A DNA stretch of 64,000 nucleotides, taken from Giardia intestinalis (taxonomy: Eukaryota). Each line of letters starts with the position of its first letter. Positions within the stretch are counted from its first letter, which is position 1. The notes beneath the pieces are model-generated. The model did not search any database and was not told the origin of the DNA. It saw nothing but the letters and a program-made list of their open reading frames with translations. Location of the stretch: NCBI GenBank assembly GCA_000002435.2, contig CM018793.1; one strand, 5' to 3'. Shown here piece by piece: positions 54,239 through 64,000 of the stretch. A program made the translations under genes and the position numbers.

Positions 54239-57200
54239 TGTCAACACAACTTCCAGTGATCAGCGACGAGCAGGCATTCAAGAAGGAGCGATGGATCTCG
54301 CTGTAATTAGGATCAACCTCCCCCTCGACCTCGTTAGAGATCTTCTTCAGGAACGAGTAAATAGAAGAACGGCATGCATAGTTGCTGAGCATTGCCACGC
54401 GCGCAGAGGCAATGGTGAACATCGACAGGAAGATGCCTTTAAACGGCATGTTGTAGATCATCTTCAGATTGAGCTGGATGGATTCATCTTCGTAGGTATG
54501 ACACTGAATGATGGTCTCAATAGAGCCGCTCATAGACTCTAGAAAGACATCTAAAGGAATCGTGTTCGTGACAGACGTGTAGAGGACCATCTCGAAGAGC
54601 TTTACTGTGGCTTTAGAGAGCTGAGCTAGATCAACAGAGACATACTTGAGGCCCCGCTTATCTGTTCTTACGCCGTTCTTGCATAGCAGCGAGCAGTCCT
54701 TCAGAAGCCTATAGAGCTCTTCAATAGGCTTCGTATAGCACTGGCAGGCCTGTGACCCAAAGGAATCAGACTGGAAGGAAAGGTATCTCAGGCGTGTTGC
54801 TTCAAACAAAAGAAGAACGATTGCCTCTTTTGTCTTTATAGTAGATGCACCGTTGAATCGCGAGAGCATTATTTTATAAACAAGCTCCATCTTGTCCGGA
54901 GAGGTTAGATGGAGCAGACTTTGCACCAATGCCACAAACGTGTGATGTGTGTGGTAGGCATCTACATTCACCTCGATGAAGTGACCGCAGATGGCGAGAA
55001 GGGTTGGCCGCTCAGAGCTTGTGCTCCCAGGGGTCGAGCATGTGGAAACTGATACTCCGGGCTGAAGCCACTCTTGGATACAGGTGCTGATTTGTGGGAT
55101 CAAGTTCTCAATGAAGATAGCCTGGATAATGAAGTCTGCGGCAGCCATTTGCACCTTATCTAGATCTACTCTGGTATAAATTTCTAGAAGTAGCTGCAAC
55201 ACAAGTGTAAGCGCTGATAGGATCAAATCGACATTGAAGTTCTTCGAGCTGCAATAGGCGTACGATACCAAGGTCTGGGTCATATACGTGAGGACCATCT
55301 CCATGAAGGAGGTCCCTGCAGGCATCTCATCGCCATTAGACGTCAGGATACGAGGCCCAATATCTTTTAGCACAGTGATAAAGAACGAGAGGCACTTATC
55401 GAGACCTTCCACGCTGTTTGCCTCGGAAAAGCAGGCTGTTATAAGCTCTGCATGCTGATTCCCCGCTTGAATGAGGGCGCCGGCATTCACCTCGTCCTTT
55501 GAAAGCACAAAATTGGCTATCTCCGTGGTTACATGCTGTAGGATTGGAGGTAGATATGCTATGAGATATTGGCATATTTCTGCGTTCTCATAGAAGTATG
55601 TAAAGACTTGGAGCCCGTATCCCATTATCTTTCCGGATGGTAGCTTGTTATACAGAAGGGGCTGGACACACTTATTGAGGTACAACTCTATAAGCGGTGT
55701 AAGGCGTTTCGGCATTTGCTCGGCCAGCCGTGTAACCAACTCTGCAGCCAAAACAGATAAAGACGGCATAAAGTGGGGAAGTCCTTCTGTTGCATTTTGT
55801 GTCACAATAAAGGACACCCGATCGAAGGTCAGATTGAGAAGCCATGTGATTTGGGGTGTCAGGGTATGAGACTCTGGTAGCCCGTCTGCCACTTTACAGA
55901 TAAATGCTCTAATGATGAGGAAAATATTTAGATCCTGCAGGCAGCCCGTTAGGTTACTGGGGTCTTTGCACGGCCCAGTCTGGAACAATGCTTCGAGGGA
56001 CTTAAAGACTAGCGGAAACATGTTGGTGTAAAAGTGAACACTAGATGACACTATATACCCAAGGGTTATCGATGCAGCGTCCTTTATGTTCCCCACATCT
56101 GTTGCATGGATGCTCTGCTCGGTAAATTGGTCGGAGAAAATAAGAGGGAGAAGTACCCCCGAAACCAAGGACTCCATCATGGTGGCAGAGAATTCTGAAC
56201 GACCTATGAGCTGGGTTGTTGCCATGACATTCCAGAACTCCAGGACAGCCAAGATGTTCGCCAGTGGGTCGTGGTAATAACCAGATGGCAGACATCCGCC
56301 AGGGAGTTGGGCTTGCAGCTCCAGGTGCGCCTGTTCTGCATCTGGGCTCCCTGACTGAGCAATGTAAGCTGTTTTGGCCAAGGTTGTTATGCGCACGGCC
56401 AGTGATAGAGGCAGCGACACCTGTGTATTCATCCCATCGTTGACCGTAAGAGCATCAGGGGACGTAGTGAGAAGAGCAATTAGCATGGCCATGATAGGAG
56501 TAGTAAGAAGAACTGAGTGAGAGGCGCCAAGGGAAAGGAGTACTCCCAATAGCTGACAAACAAACGTTGGGTCGAGTGCCCCATACTTGAACTTCTGGGT
56601 CAGGATCTTTAGTCCAGCAGACATGGTACCAGGTGTAGGGTCAGTCCCTATGGCGTCCTTGACGCAGAATTCAACGATACCACTGGGGTCATCCAGTTTC
56701 TGTGCTTCGGCGGGGGAAACATCCTCGTAGAAATATACAAAAATATTGAGCACTTCCTCACGCATCTTAGGAGAGGCCTGTTTTGCATCCATGTATACGA
56801 TTCTAATGTTGTCTAATATTAGTTTAACTGAATTGTGAGCGACCGCCATCTCTGCCTCTAGAACGGCGCTCAATATGTTTGCCATGTACATGCTCACCAC
56901 GGGATCAGCCAGAGATGAGAACAAAGAGCTCACTAAATCTGCACGTTCTCGCTGTCTAAACGCATGCCAAACCTCTAAATGGTGCTGCCTCATGGCGACG
57001 TCGACGAAACGCATGAAGTTTTTTGCTTGGATTGCAGCCTGTTTGCGGATGCCCGGGTCCTTTGTCTGGTCTGATACAAGTTGGAGCAGAAGACGATAGT
57101 AATCTTTGTCGGCATCGACCACGTATTTGTTAATAGCTTTTGCCGCATCCACTCGTGCGGTAGCATCGTGAGACGTTGCACTTGCCAAGAGAGCCACAAG

Positions 57201-57284
57201 ATAATCGAGCGTAAGTCTCATCCCTCCAGTAACACAGTTTATTTCCAACTGTTTCAATAAACTTTGGCAATTAATACTTAGCAA
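54234..57284 (-). CDS. importin-beta/karyopherin family HEAT-repeat protein (~1000 aa)
   Basis: From the internal start MRLTLDYL the N-terminus parallels the importin-beta N-terminal domain: 'DPGIRKQAAIQAKNFM' vs importin-beta 'NSQVARVAAGLQIKNSL', and 'EVWHAFRQRERADLVSSL' vs 'QRWLAIDANARREVKNYVL'. The rest is continuous HEAT-like helical repeats. The stop TAA is embedded in an AGTAAAC motif. Confidence 0.5.
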   Translation of the reverse strand: MLSINCQSLLKQLEINCVTGGMRLTLDYLVALLASATSHDATARVDAAKAINKYVVDADKDYYRLLLQLVSDQTKDPGIRKQAAIQAKNFMRFVDVAMRQHHLEVWHAFRQRERADLVSSLFSSLADPVVSMYMANILSAVLEAEMAVAHNSVKLILDNIRIVYMDAKQASPKMREEVLNIFVYFYEDVSPAEAQKLDDPSGIVEFCVKDAIGTDPTPGTMSAGLKILTQKFKYGALDPTFVCQLLGVLLSLGASHSVLLTTPIMAMLIALLTTSPDALTVNDGMNTQVSLPLSLAVRITTLAKTAYIAQSGSPDAEQAHLELQAQLPGGCLPSGYYHDPLANILAVLEFWNVMATTQLIGRSEFSATMMESLVSGVLLPLIFSDQFTEQSIHATDVGNIKDAASITLGYIVSSSVHFYTNMFPLVFKSLEALFQTGPCKDPSNLTGCLQDLNIFLIIRAFICKVADGLPESHTLTPQITWLLNLTFDRVSFIVTQNATEGLPHFMPSLSVLAAELVTRLAEQMPKRLTPLIELYLNKCVQPLLYNKLPSGKIMGYGLQVFTYFYENAEICQYLIAYLPPILQHVTTEIANFVLSKDEVNAGALIQAGNQHAELITACFSEANSVEGLDKCLSFFITVLKDIGPRILTSNGDEMPAGTSFMEMVLTYMTQTLVSYAYCSSKNFNVDLILSALTLVLQLLLEIYTRVDLDKVQMAAADFIIQAIFIENLIPQISTCIQEWLQPGVSVSTCSTPGSTSSERPTLLAICGHFIEVNVDAYHTHHTFVALVQSLLHLTSPDKMELVYKIMLSRFNGASTIKTKEAIVLLLFEATRLRYLSFQSDSFGSQACQCYTKPIEELYRLLKDCSLLCKNGVRTDKRGLKYVSVDLAQLSKATVKLFEMVLYTSVTNTIPLDVFLESMSGSIETIIQCHTYEDESIQLNLKMIYNMPFKGIFLSMFTIASARVAMLSNYACRSSIYSFLKKISNEVEGEVDPNYSEIHRSFLNACSSLITGSCVDK

Positions 57285-57329
57285 AATAAATTTAAAATGA
57301 GTACTCCCAGGATAAATTGAGGAGCATAG

Positions 57330-57665
57330 GTGAGATCGCAGGCGATGTCTTACGAGCAGATGTCAAGGGAGGAGCTTCTTGTCGAAATTAAACAGTTGCA
57401 GACGGCTAATTCCCAGTTGGCGCAGCAGAACATGAAGCTGGTCTTTCTTAATAAGGAAAGAGATCAGCGTCTCATGCGCTGCGAGGCCGTCATTCGGCGA
57501 TACCGGTCTAGGCTTGTAAGGTGGTTTGAAGACATGCAGCATGACCCTCTAGCATTTGATATTCCCGAGCAGGAGGAGGTCGCCATGGCTACCTATGGGG
57601 TGGTATCCACAACGAGTATCCATAACGAACAAGATGCACTGCAGGCAGAGGAAGACGGCGTTTAG
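57330..57665 (+). CDS. small coiled-coil protein (111 aa)
   Basis: Short ORF in a 380-bp slot between two confident genes. Heptad pattern (EELLVEIKQLQTANSQLAQQNMKLVFLNKERDQRL). Confidence 0.3.
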   Translation: MRSQAMSYEQMSREELLVEIKQLQTANSQLAQQNMKLVFLNKERDQRLMRCEAVIRRYRSRLVRWFEDMQHDPLAFDIPEQEEVAMATYGVVSTTSIHNEQDALQAEEDGV

Positions 57666-57703
57666 TGGGGTGGCCAGGCATCCAAACACTCAAGTAAATT
57701 AAA

Positions 57704-58585
57704 ATGCCCACTCAGCGTTATCATCACCAGGACTCTGTGGTTGGAGACCTCATCAACCCAGTTCAGGGGATTCGCGACGAGCAGCGGCGGAAGGGAATCC
57801 AGCCCAAGGACCATATGGCTGAAAATCGCCGAATCATTCGAAATATTAGCCATCAAAAGCAGCGCGAGGCCCTGAAGAAGGAGGAGGAAGCCAATGCAGA
57901 GAAATTCAAATTAGCGGAATACCAGAACGTAGGGTCTCGAGTCATGCAAAAGGTGAATGAAGCGAAGGCAGAAGAGCCGAAGGATTTCCTTAAAGCTCAC
58001 TCCGGTGCAGCAGGAGCTCCCCACATGTATCCCAGAGAGGCCACCACAGCTGGGTCTTATGTCCCTCGGCAAAGCGCCTTGCCAAGCGTTCCAAAACAGG
58101 AGGATCTTGCGCGGGAGTATGAGGAACGCAAACAAGCCCGAATCACCAAGGAGGTCAATATCATCAAGTCAAACATGAACGCTATAAAGCGCCAGACAGA
58201 GGCCATGAGGGCAGCCGAGGCTGCTCGGGCGGTAGGAGCCGAGCAGACACACAAGCGCGGAGAAGTCCCGGCATATCTAAAGCGGTTTCAGAAACAGCAC
58301 GCTGCTGAAGAGGCACAGAAGCAACGGGAGCAGGAGGAAGCTAGAGAGCGTGCTCGCGTACCCCATGGGACGCGACTTGTTGGGCCCGAAGAGAAGGAGC
58401 AGCTGCTTTCTGAGTTGCGCAAATCTTTACAACTAGAACTAAAGCGACTTAACTCCTTTAGCGTGGCCAACGATTCCATGCAGCTTATTAAGGCACGAGA
58501 GGAGTGCGAAAGAAAAATAGATCAGATTGAAAAGACCATTCGTGAGTTTGAACGCCCAGGAGACCTGTTTTTGGCACTCGACTAG
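57704..58585 (+). CDS. enkurin-domain protein (flagellar/ciliary, 293 aa)
   Basis: 'GEVPAYLKRFQK' plus the C-terminal 'LVGPEEKEQLLSELRKSLQLELKRLNSFSVANDSMQLIKAREECERKIDQIEKTIREFERP' match the enkurin domain architecture (KGKVPAYL...; EER-ELL-GLK-NWEE-NKEYQ-LSL-IDT-SKK-RKEELE-EL-QLE-DI). Basic N-terminal half. Confidence 0.55.
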   Translation: MPTQRYHHQDSVVGDLINPVQGIRDEQRRKGIQPKDHMAENRRIIRNISHQKQREALKKEEEANAEKFKLAEYQNVGSRVMQKVNEAKAEEPKDFLKAHSGAAGAPHMYPREATTAGSYVPRQSALPSVPKQEDLAREYEERKQARITKEVNIIKSNMNAIKRQTEAMRAAEAARAVGAEQTHKRGEVPAYLKRFQKQHAAEEAQKQREQEEARERARVPHGTRLVGPEEKEQLLSELRKSLQLELKRLNSFSVANDSMQLIKAREECERKIDQIEKTIREFERPGDLFLALD

Positions 58586-58614
58586 GTCCAGACAGAGTAA
58601 ACAAAAAATCAACT

Positions 58615-60732
58615 ATGGCCGATGGTCCAGCCCAACCCGGAGAAGCACTGGTGGTCATCACAAATGCAGACATATATATTAAGGAGTCAGCTATCACCCA
58701 GCAGCTCCGCGATACAGGAATAGAGTTCAATCGTGTCATCAAGAAGCGAGGATCCCAGCGGGCATTTGTTTTCTTCCAGACGGCTGACAATCTTGACCAG
58801 GCTGCTGCTTTAATACGGATGCTCAAGGCCCCAATTAGCCAGCAGCTTTACGTCTGCGATGTAGTCTCGCATGGGTCTGTCCCCACGCTGCCGGCCACTG
58901 TCATTGGTGCGGATGTGAAGACGGTGAAAGGCCTCCTCAACTTCTCTCAACTTAATGACAATCCAGAGGACGAGACAGTTCCAAACAAATCAATGACTCT
59001 CCCATTTGATGAGCACAGTCTGTCGGCTGCCACAGACCAACCTCAACAGCCAATCAACTTCCTACCACCCAAGCGGTTAATAGCACGATCATCAGCGCAC
59101 ATAGTGCAGGTTGTTGCTCCGTATTATAGTGACAATTCCGAAGATGAGCTCCAGACTAAGTCCAAGTTGATACGAAACGCAGTCAAAGGCCAGATGGCAA
59201 AGATGTACAAAAATCATAGAAATACAGCTGTAATTCCACTGTGGGCTAAAAGGAATGAGTGTGTGATTCACCTTCGGCAACCAGTGCCCGTTTACTCTCC
59301 GCCCCTCCTAACGGAATATAGATCAAAGGTGGAGTTTACTATTGGATGGACAGAGAGTGTACTGGACTCCCCATGCGGCTCGGTCAAAGCAAGGAGTGAC
59401 GCCTCTGATGGCGCCCATTCGCCAATAACCATTGCTGTTGGCCCATGTGTTCGTCAAGGGAAACGTGTTACCATTTTTAGTTCTGCCCATCTGCACGAAG
59501 CATGCATCTTTCCACCCGTTACTACGAAGTTATCAAGCACCCTTGAAACTGTGCTCTCCGAGGCCCATGCGTCAGGGCACCTGTCTGAAGATGATCTATC
59601 TCTCTTTACTACTCTGGCTATAAGGTGTACCGGCAGTACGTCGGTCGTACGCTTCGATGTGACACAGCTCCTTGTGGGAGTCTTCCTCCGTATAGAGTTG
59701 CCTGATGCAACGCCTCCCGACGATTTTCAGCATCCAGAAAGCGATCCCAATCAACTCTCCTCTTCATATGTAGCCCAGGAAGTAACTTCAGACTATAGCA
59801 TTGCGCTTCAGAAGGCATGGCCACTAATTCTGAAGTTTCACGACCATGTGCATGACACACTGAAGAGTCGCTATCATATTGTGTTTTATGTTAAGGCTAC
59901 AGCCGTTCAGAAAGGAACGCCCCACCGTGATCGTTACTATCCAGTGACGTCTACACCGATGGAGACGAGCCCGTCACGCTTTTACATTACGCAGACACTT
60001 TATAATCTCAATTTCCGAATAGGGCCAGAGACTTTCTTTCAATCTAATCTAGCAGCATTCACTATGCTACTGGACTACATCTCAGACATAGTGGTCACCA
60101 TACTGGAGTCATCCCATATGAGCTCCCATAAGGATGAGATCAGCTCCTCTCTCCTGACTGTTGAGCTACTCGACATCTGCTGTGGAAGCGGCGTTATTGG
60201 ACAATGCCTGGCGCAGGTCGTTCTTAAGAAGATGATAAATGTTCAAAATCTGCACGTCAACATCAAGGGACTAGATTGTTCACAGAATGCAATCTGGAAC
60301 GCCGAATTTAACGCTTCAGAAAACTTCAAAGACAATCCTAATATATCTGCGCTTTATATATGCGGAAAGGCAGAGCAAACGCCAGAGTATTTTTCTGGAT
60401 CGGCAAAGATAGGTATTCTAGATCCACCAAGAACAGGGGTTTTTCAGAGTGTCCTCACGGCGATACGTCACTCAACTTTAGAGTACTTAATATACATATC
60501 GTGCAATCCTAAAACAATGAGCCAAAATATCATCGACCTTTCGATTGTATCTACAGATTCAGACCTCTCTAAGCGGACGGCGCCCTTCTATGTCGAGTCT
60601 CTTGTAGGTTTCAATATGTTTCCTGGCTGTGAGCATGTAGAGACGGTAGCTATTTTGCATCGATGTCCCGACTTGGAGGGTACACCTCCCAAGAAAATAT
60701 CTACCCCTGTCTCTGCAGACGAACAAGCCTAG
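58615..60732 (+). CDS. TRM2: tRNA (uracil-5)-methyltransferase, TRM2/TRMT2A-like, with N-terminal RRM-like domain
   Basis: SAM-binding motif I 'LDICCGSGVIGQCLA', motif IV 'ILDPPRTGV' (D-P-P-R-x-G), and the catalytic nucleophile context 'YISCNPKTM' near the C-terminus are characteristic of the TrmA/RumA m5U methyltransferase family. The N-terminus 'ALVVITNADIY...RAFVFFQTADNLDQAAALI' is RRM-like, as in TRMT2A. Confidence 0.7.
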   Translation: MADGPAQPGEALVVITNADIYIKESAITQQLRDTGIEFNRVIKKRGSQRAFVFFQTADNLDQAAALIRMLKAPISQQLYVCDVVSHGSVPTLPATVIGADVKTVKGLLNFSQLNDNPEDETVPNKSMTLPFDEHSLSAATDQPQQPINFLPPKRLIARSSAHIVQVVAPYYSDNSEDELQTKSKLIRNAVKGQMAKMYKNHRNTAVIPLWAKRNECVIHLRQPVPVYSPPLLTEYRSKVEFTIGWTESVLDSPCGSVKARSDASDGAHSPITIAVGPCVRQGKRVTIFSSAHLHEACIFPPVTTKLSSTLETVLSEAHASGHLSEDDLSLFTTLAIRCTGSTSVVRFDVTQLLVGVFLRIELPDATPPDDFQHPESDPNQLSSSYVAQEVTSDYSIALQKAWPLILKFHDHVHDTLKSRYHIVFYVKATAVQKGTPHRDRYYPVTSTPMETSPSRFYITQTLYNLNFRIGPETFFQSNLAAFTMLLDYISDIVVTILESSHMSSHKDEISSSLLTVELLDICCGSGVIGQCLAQVVLKKMINVQNLHVNIKGLDCSQNAIWNAEFNASENFKDNPNISALYICGKAEQTPEYFSGSAKIGILDPPRTGVFQSVLTAIRHSTLEYLIYISCNPKTMSQNIIDLSIVSTDSDLSKRTAPFYVESLVGFNMFPGCEHVETVAILHRCPDLEGTPPKKISTPVSADEQA

Positions 60733-60783
60733 AAGCGATGAATTATGGGCAAAAGCCACCGTTTACATAGACCATACAACGCG

Positions 60784-63306
60784 TCACGCTTCTTCGTTTT
60801 CTTCGCCCTCCTCTGCTGCTAATCTCTCAGCCTCTTCGCGCTCTCTTTTCAATCTCTTCTTCTCCTGCTCTGCTTCATACATTTGCCTTTGCTCTGCAAC
60901 AGGTAGCTCGTCCTCCTCAACCACGTCGAATGGCACCATGCACATGTCCGGCAGGTTGATGTTGCTCTCTACATTCGACAACGAGACCCCGTCTCCGAAA
61001 TACAGCAAAGAGTGCCGCTTTCCACGAGCCCCGTAAAGAAGATTGACCGAGCCGGGCCAGTTGGTGCAGTACACAGTCAAGAATGCGTCGCCATTCAATG
61101 GATCTTGGTGACAAGAAAATTGCCACTTGGACATAACTGTGTTAGAAACGGCCATGGAGTTCTGCAGATCCTTCTCATCGATATGGTACCTGCACTTCTG
61201 TGGAGCCTTAAAGTTAACACGGGTTCTGTCCTCGGCATCCAGGGGCTGAAAGAGCTGAGGCAGGGGTATATTTGTTTTGTTATCTAGTAGAGGGAGATCC
61301 CACGGGCATATCGGTCTGTGGAAGATGCGGAGCTTGGTCCACAACCTGTACATGTGATACTTGCACCAGTCGTCGTAGCTTCCCTCCTCTGGATCGGGTT
61401 TCTCCAGCTCCTCCACCTCGTAATCATCGGGCTCTATATGTAGGTCATCGGGGTCTGACGGATCTTCCTCTTCTTCCCCCTGATCTTCTCCTTCCTCCTC
61501 CCGCTTTGCCATGTACTTAGCAAATCTTTTTTCTCCTAGCTTTTCACGGAGCTCCTCCAGCTCACGCTCTTTCGCTTCCTTCTTTTCCTGCTTAATACGT
61601 TCGCGTTCCTCCTTGCGCTTCTGCTTAAGCGTCAACGCCACATCAACCTCCCAAGGCTCTGGGTCATCTATTGCTTCATAGTCTTCGTAGCTAAGAGGAT
61701 GTACACGGCCTTGGCCGGTGATTCGGGGCAGTAAGTAACGCCATTCTGTTGGAGATAGCAAGAGTCTTATGTTATTAAAGCCAGTAAAGTCCTCCGCGAG
61801 CTCTGCATATATAGCATCGCAGTTCTCCGGCTCTTCGTCTTCGCTTCGCTTGCTGAGGGAAGGAAAATGATAAAGTATCTCATGAACCTTTAGAGTCCGC
61901 GTGAGTTCCAAGAGCTTTCGTTCTTTTCGCAGTTCTATTGCACGAGCCTGCTTCTCGATTTCAGTAAGAATAGTCTCCTCCGGTTCTGGCTCCTCAACCT
62001 CAGCCACGTACATTTTATTCGGCACAATAGTACACTCATGCTGAATCCTTGCAATGACACAACGAAGAAGATGACTCTCCTTGCCGTCAAATCTGGGCAG
62101 GCTTGTATTAACAGTTCGCTGGAGGTTTCCTGTGAACATAAGGCTAGATGCCGGAAGAAGACTAGCAACACGCACTTGTTCAGGAGTTACTTCAGGTAAT
62201 GGAACAAAGGAAAGAGGCTTCTTGTAAAGGTTATGCAAAAGCTTATCTACAAAGGTTGGGCGCTGTTGAAGGCGGTTCTCCTTGCGGTACTGCTTCATGC
62301 GTTCCTCCTCCATGAGCTCGAGAGCAATCTGTGCTGCAAATTGAGAAAGTTCGAAATCTGTTGCAACAAAAAACACATCCTTATTAACCCCCTCGTGCTC
62401 CTCCATTGGTAGTCTATTTATGTGACTGAGAGGAAATGGCTTTCCACAGTATACAGGCACCTTTTTTGCTATTTTTGTTGGTACATTAAACTCCTCCTCG
62501 ATAGACTGGTCTGAATGAAGTTCTTCCTCGGCTTCTTCGGCCTCTCCTTTGTCTTCTTCGTTATCCTCACCGGCCTGATGGTTATCCTCACCAAGGTCAT
62601 CGCCTTCAGCGTCATCTTCATGAGCCTCTTGGTCGCCATCCTCTTCTGCCTTTTCTTCAGCCTCTTCAGCGTCTTCTCCTTCTCCCTTTTCTTCTCCGTC
62701 ATTAAGCTCTTCTTCAGGAACATCTTCAAGAGGTTCTTCTTCCACCTGCTCCTCTTCGGGCACCTCAAATTCTTCTGGAACCTCCTCTTCGGGCTCGATG
62801 TACGCATCTGTTTCCGCACGGAAGACCCAATAGCAGCCTATCTTTCCAAAGAGAGAAAGCTTATCGCCGTCACGCCCCTCTGAGGTGGCCAGACGACGCA
62901 TAGCTAACTGGAGTTCAGCGGCATCGTGAGAAGAGAAAGGAATGCCTACCACCTGGAGTCTGGTAGAAAGAGATACTAGGTCAGGAATGTCAGGGTACTC
63001 TGCAGGGTCCTCAGGCTCGGGCTCAGGTTCTGGCTCTTCCTCTTCTCCAGTGCCCGACGCTTCAAAAGTTTTATAAAACGAGTAAAGAAATTGGGACAGA
63101 AGGCGCTCATCCTGCTGGACTGTCCTAACCTGGTTGGATTGCTGCTTGCTTACAGCCAGTTCAGACGCCTCTGCTTCAAATTCACGATAAGTGCGCTCCT
63201 GTGGCGGCCTTTCCAAAAAGAGCTTGAGCAAGAAGCTTCCTATCTGATCGTAGGCGGAAACGTTGTACTTGTTCTTCCGCTTCAAATAGCTGATGCCCTT
63301 CTCCAT
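60784..63306 (-). CDS. acidic Glu-rich protein, radial spoke head RSP4/6-like (840 aa)
   Basis: Multiple poly-Glu/EPEPEPE tracts. The motif 'DKLSLFGKIGCYWVFRAE' resembles the conserved 'LRFWGKI-G---DYYVAE' block of radial spoke head proteins. The architecture is very acidic overall. Family assignment is tentative. Confidence 0.4.
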   Translation of the reverse strand: MEKGISYLKRKNKYNVSAYDQIGSFLLKLFLERPPQERTYREFEAEASELAVSKQQSNQVRTVQQDERLLSQFLYSFYKTFEASGTGEEEEPEPEPEPEDPAEYPDIPDLVSLSTRLQVVGIPFSSHDAAELQLAMRRLATSEGRDGDKLSLFGKIGCYWVFRAETDAYIEPEEEVPEEFEVPEEEQVEEEPLEDVPEEELNDGEEKGEGEDAEEAEEKAEEDGDQEAHEDDAEGDDLGEDNHQAGEDNEEDKGEAEEAEEELHSDQSIEEEFNVPTKIAKKVPVYCGKPFPLSHINRLPMEEHEGVNKDVFFVATDFELSQFAAQIALELMEEERMKQYRKENRLQQRPTFVDKLLHNLYKKPLSFVPLPEVTPEQVRVASLLPASSLMFTGNLQRTVNTSLPRFDGKESHLLRCVIARIQHECTIVPNKMYVAEVEEPEPEETILTEIEKQARAIELRKERKLLELTRTLKVHEILYHFPSLSKRSEDEEPENCDAIYAELAEDFTGFNNIRLLLSPTEWRYLLPRITGQGRVHPLSYEDYEAIDDPEPWEVDVALTLKQKRKEERERIKQEKKEAKERELEELREKLGEKRFAKYMAKREEEGEDQGEEEEDPSDPDDLHIEPDDYEVEELEKPDPEEGSYDDWCKYHMYRLWTKLRIFHRPICPWDLPLLDNKTNIPLPQLFQPLDAEDRTRVNFKAPQKCRYHIDEKDLQNSMAVSNTVMSKWQFSCHQDPLNGDAFLTVYCTNWPGSVNLLYGARGKRHSLLYFGDGVSLSNVESNINLPDMCMVPFDVVEEDELPVAEQRQMYEAEQEKKRLKREREEAERLAAEEGEENEEA

Positions 63307-63360
63307 CCTGCTGCAGAAGCCAGTTTTTTAATTTCCAAATTTACTCTTAGCCAGAAGTGC

Positions 63361-64000
63361 CTATCGACAGGGAGGAAGTGGGAAAAATAGAGGGGTGTCT
63401 GGGAAGGTGAGGCCGGCAAGCTTTGTGGTGTATTCTTCTATTTCGTAGGGGTGCAGTAACTCAAGTTTCTGTTTTAAATCTAGCCCTTTACCTGGCGCAA
63501 TCTTCCAATAAGGAGTGGGGGTTCCTTGGACCCGAGAGCCGTCCATTTCTCCAGAGTGGTTCTTGCTTTGCTCCTTGTCCCATGATGGCGGGAGGCCCGC
63601 TATTTGACCAGGATTGTCTATAAAAGTAATTCTATTCTGGGGCACTTTTGGATGTACATACTCATTGAAGCGGCGCTTATTGTTTGTGTCCTTTTCTGTG
63701 AAGATTATATGATCATCTCTAAGATCGTGAAGAAACATGCAATCTTTGTTAGCGCATTGCTTACCATCTAGGAAGGAAGTGCAAAACTTTGTCGTCCCAA
63801 ATGAGCACCTAAGTAAGTTTCCACCAAGGTATGTTTCTGTAGACGATAGGATACAGTCTTTTGCACTTTCGTCCGTACTATATGTAATGTAAAGTGCATA
63901 TGTGTGCCGATGAGCTTCTATGTGTGCGTTGTGCTTGGCTACTATTTTTAGCACAGTTCCATACTTACCAAAAAAGCTAGAAGACTTCAGCTCGTCCACT
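63361..64000 (-). CDS. CNOT4: CCR4-NOT subunit 4 (NOT4/Mot2)-like: RRM + C3H1 zinc finger; N-terminal RING lies beyond the right edge
   Basis: 'FGKYGTVLKIV...YALYITYSTDESAKDCI...LGGNLLRCSFGTTKFCTSFLDGKQCANKDCMFLHDL' matches the NOT4 RRM followed by the C-x8-C-x5-C-x3-H finger ('RASFGTTKYCSYFL---C-N-DC-YLHE'). The reading frame is open to the window edge, so the gene is truncated here. Confidence 0.6.
   Translation of the reverse strand, partial: VDELKSSSFFGKYGTVLKIVAKHNAHIEAHRHTYALYITYSTDESAKDCILSSTETYLGGNLLRCSFGTTKFCTSFLDGKQCANKDCMFLHDLRDDHIIFTEKDTNNKRRFNEYVHPKVPQNRITFIDNPGQIAGLPPSWDKEQSKNHSGEMDGSRVQGTPTPYWKIAPGKGLDLKQKLELLHPYEIEEYTTKLAGLTFPDTPLFFPLPPCR

Noticed and set aside
62469-62883. 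Lys-rich ORFs (62469..62819 minus; 62515..62883 plus) inside the Glu-rich gene
   Set aside because: These are frame-shifted or antisense readings of GAA/GAG-rich repeats (TTC/CTT read as Phe/Leu, AAG as Lys). They are artefacts of the low-complexity acidic region of the 840-aa gene.

Overview
This window does not read as prokaryotic. It looks like a gene-dense, apparently intron-free chromosomal segment of a diplomonad, most consistent with Giardia intestinalis. Evidence for that: GC is roughly one half by eye; long uninterrupted ORFs sit on both strands with only ~10-120 bp between them and no operon structure; AGTRAAY-type polyadenylation motifs lie at or just after stop codons; and there are several ankyrin-repeat plus coiled-coil genes of the Giardia 'Protein 21.1' type, a NEK-like kinase, a DMC1 recombinase and a CenH3-like histone. 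I call about 38 protein-coding genes. Recognisable products are: MutS C-terminal fragment at the left edge, Trm112, DMC1/RAD51, an Elf1-type zinc-ribbon factor, Sac1-like phosphoinositide phosphatase, long-chain acyl-CoA synthetase, OSTC/DC2-like oligosaccharyltransferase subunit, a divergent H3 variant, RPC4-like Pol III subunit, FEN1, NEK-like pseudokinase, importin-beta-like protein, enkurin, TRM2-like m5U methyltransferase, a radial-spoke-head-like acidic protein, and a partial NOT4 at the right edge. There are also five giant or large proteins (2128, 2406, 1142, 1002 and 841 aa) with no assignable function. I found no rRNA, tRNA, CRISPR array, transposon, defence island or operon. The most interesting candidates are: a giant protein with an N-terminal array of Sfi1-like (centrin-binding type) Trp repeats; an OSTC/DC2 homologue in a lineage thought to have a minimal oligosaccharyltransferase; a tiny metallothionein-like Cys-rich ORF; a CenH3-like H3 variant sharing a 53-bp divergent promoter with a coiled-coil gene; and two unusually long ORF-free gaps (about 550 and 430 bp) that could hold ncRNAs. 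The ORF track prints non-ATG alternative starts as M, so I re-derived several start codons and resolved several overlaps using internal ATGs.
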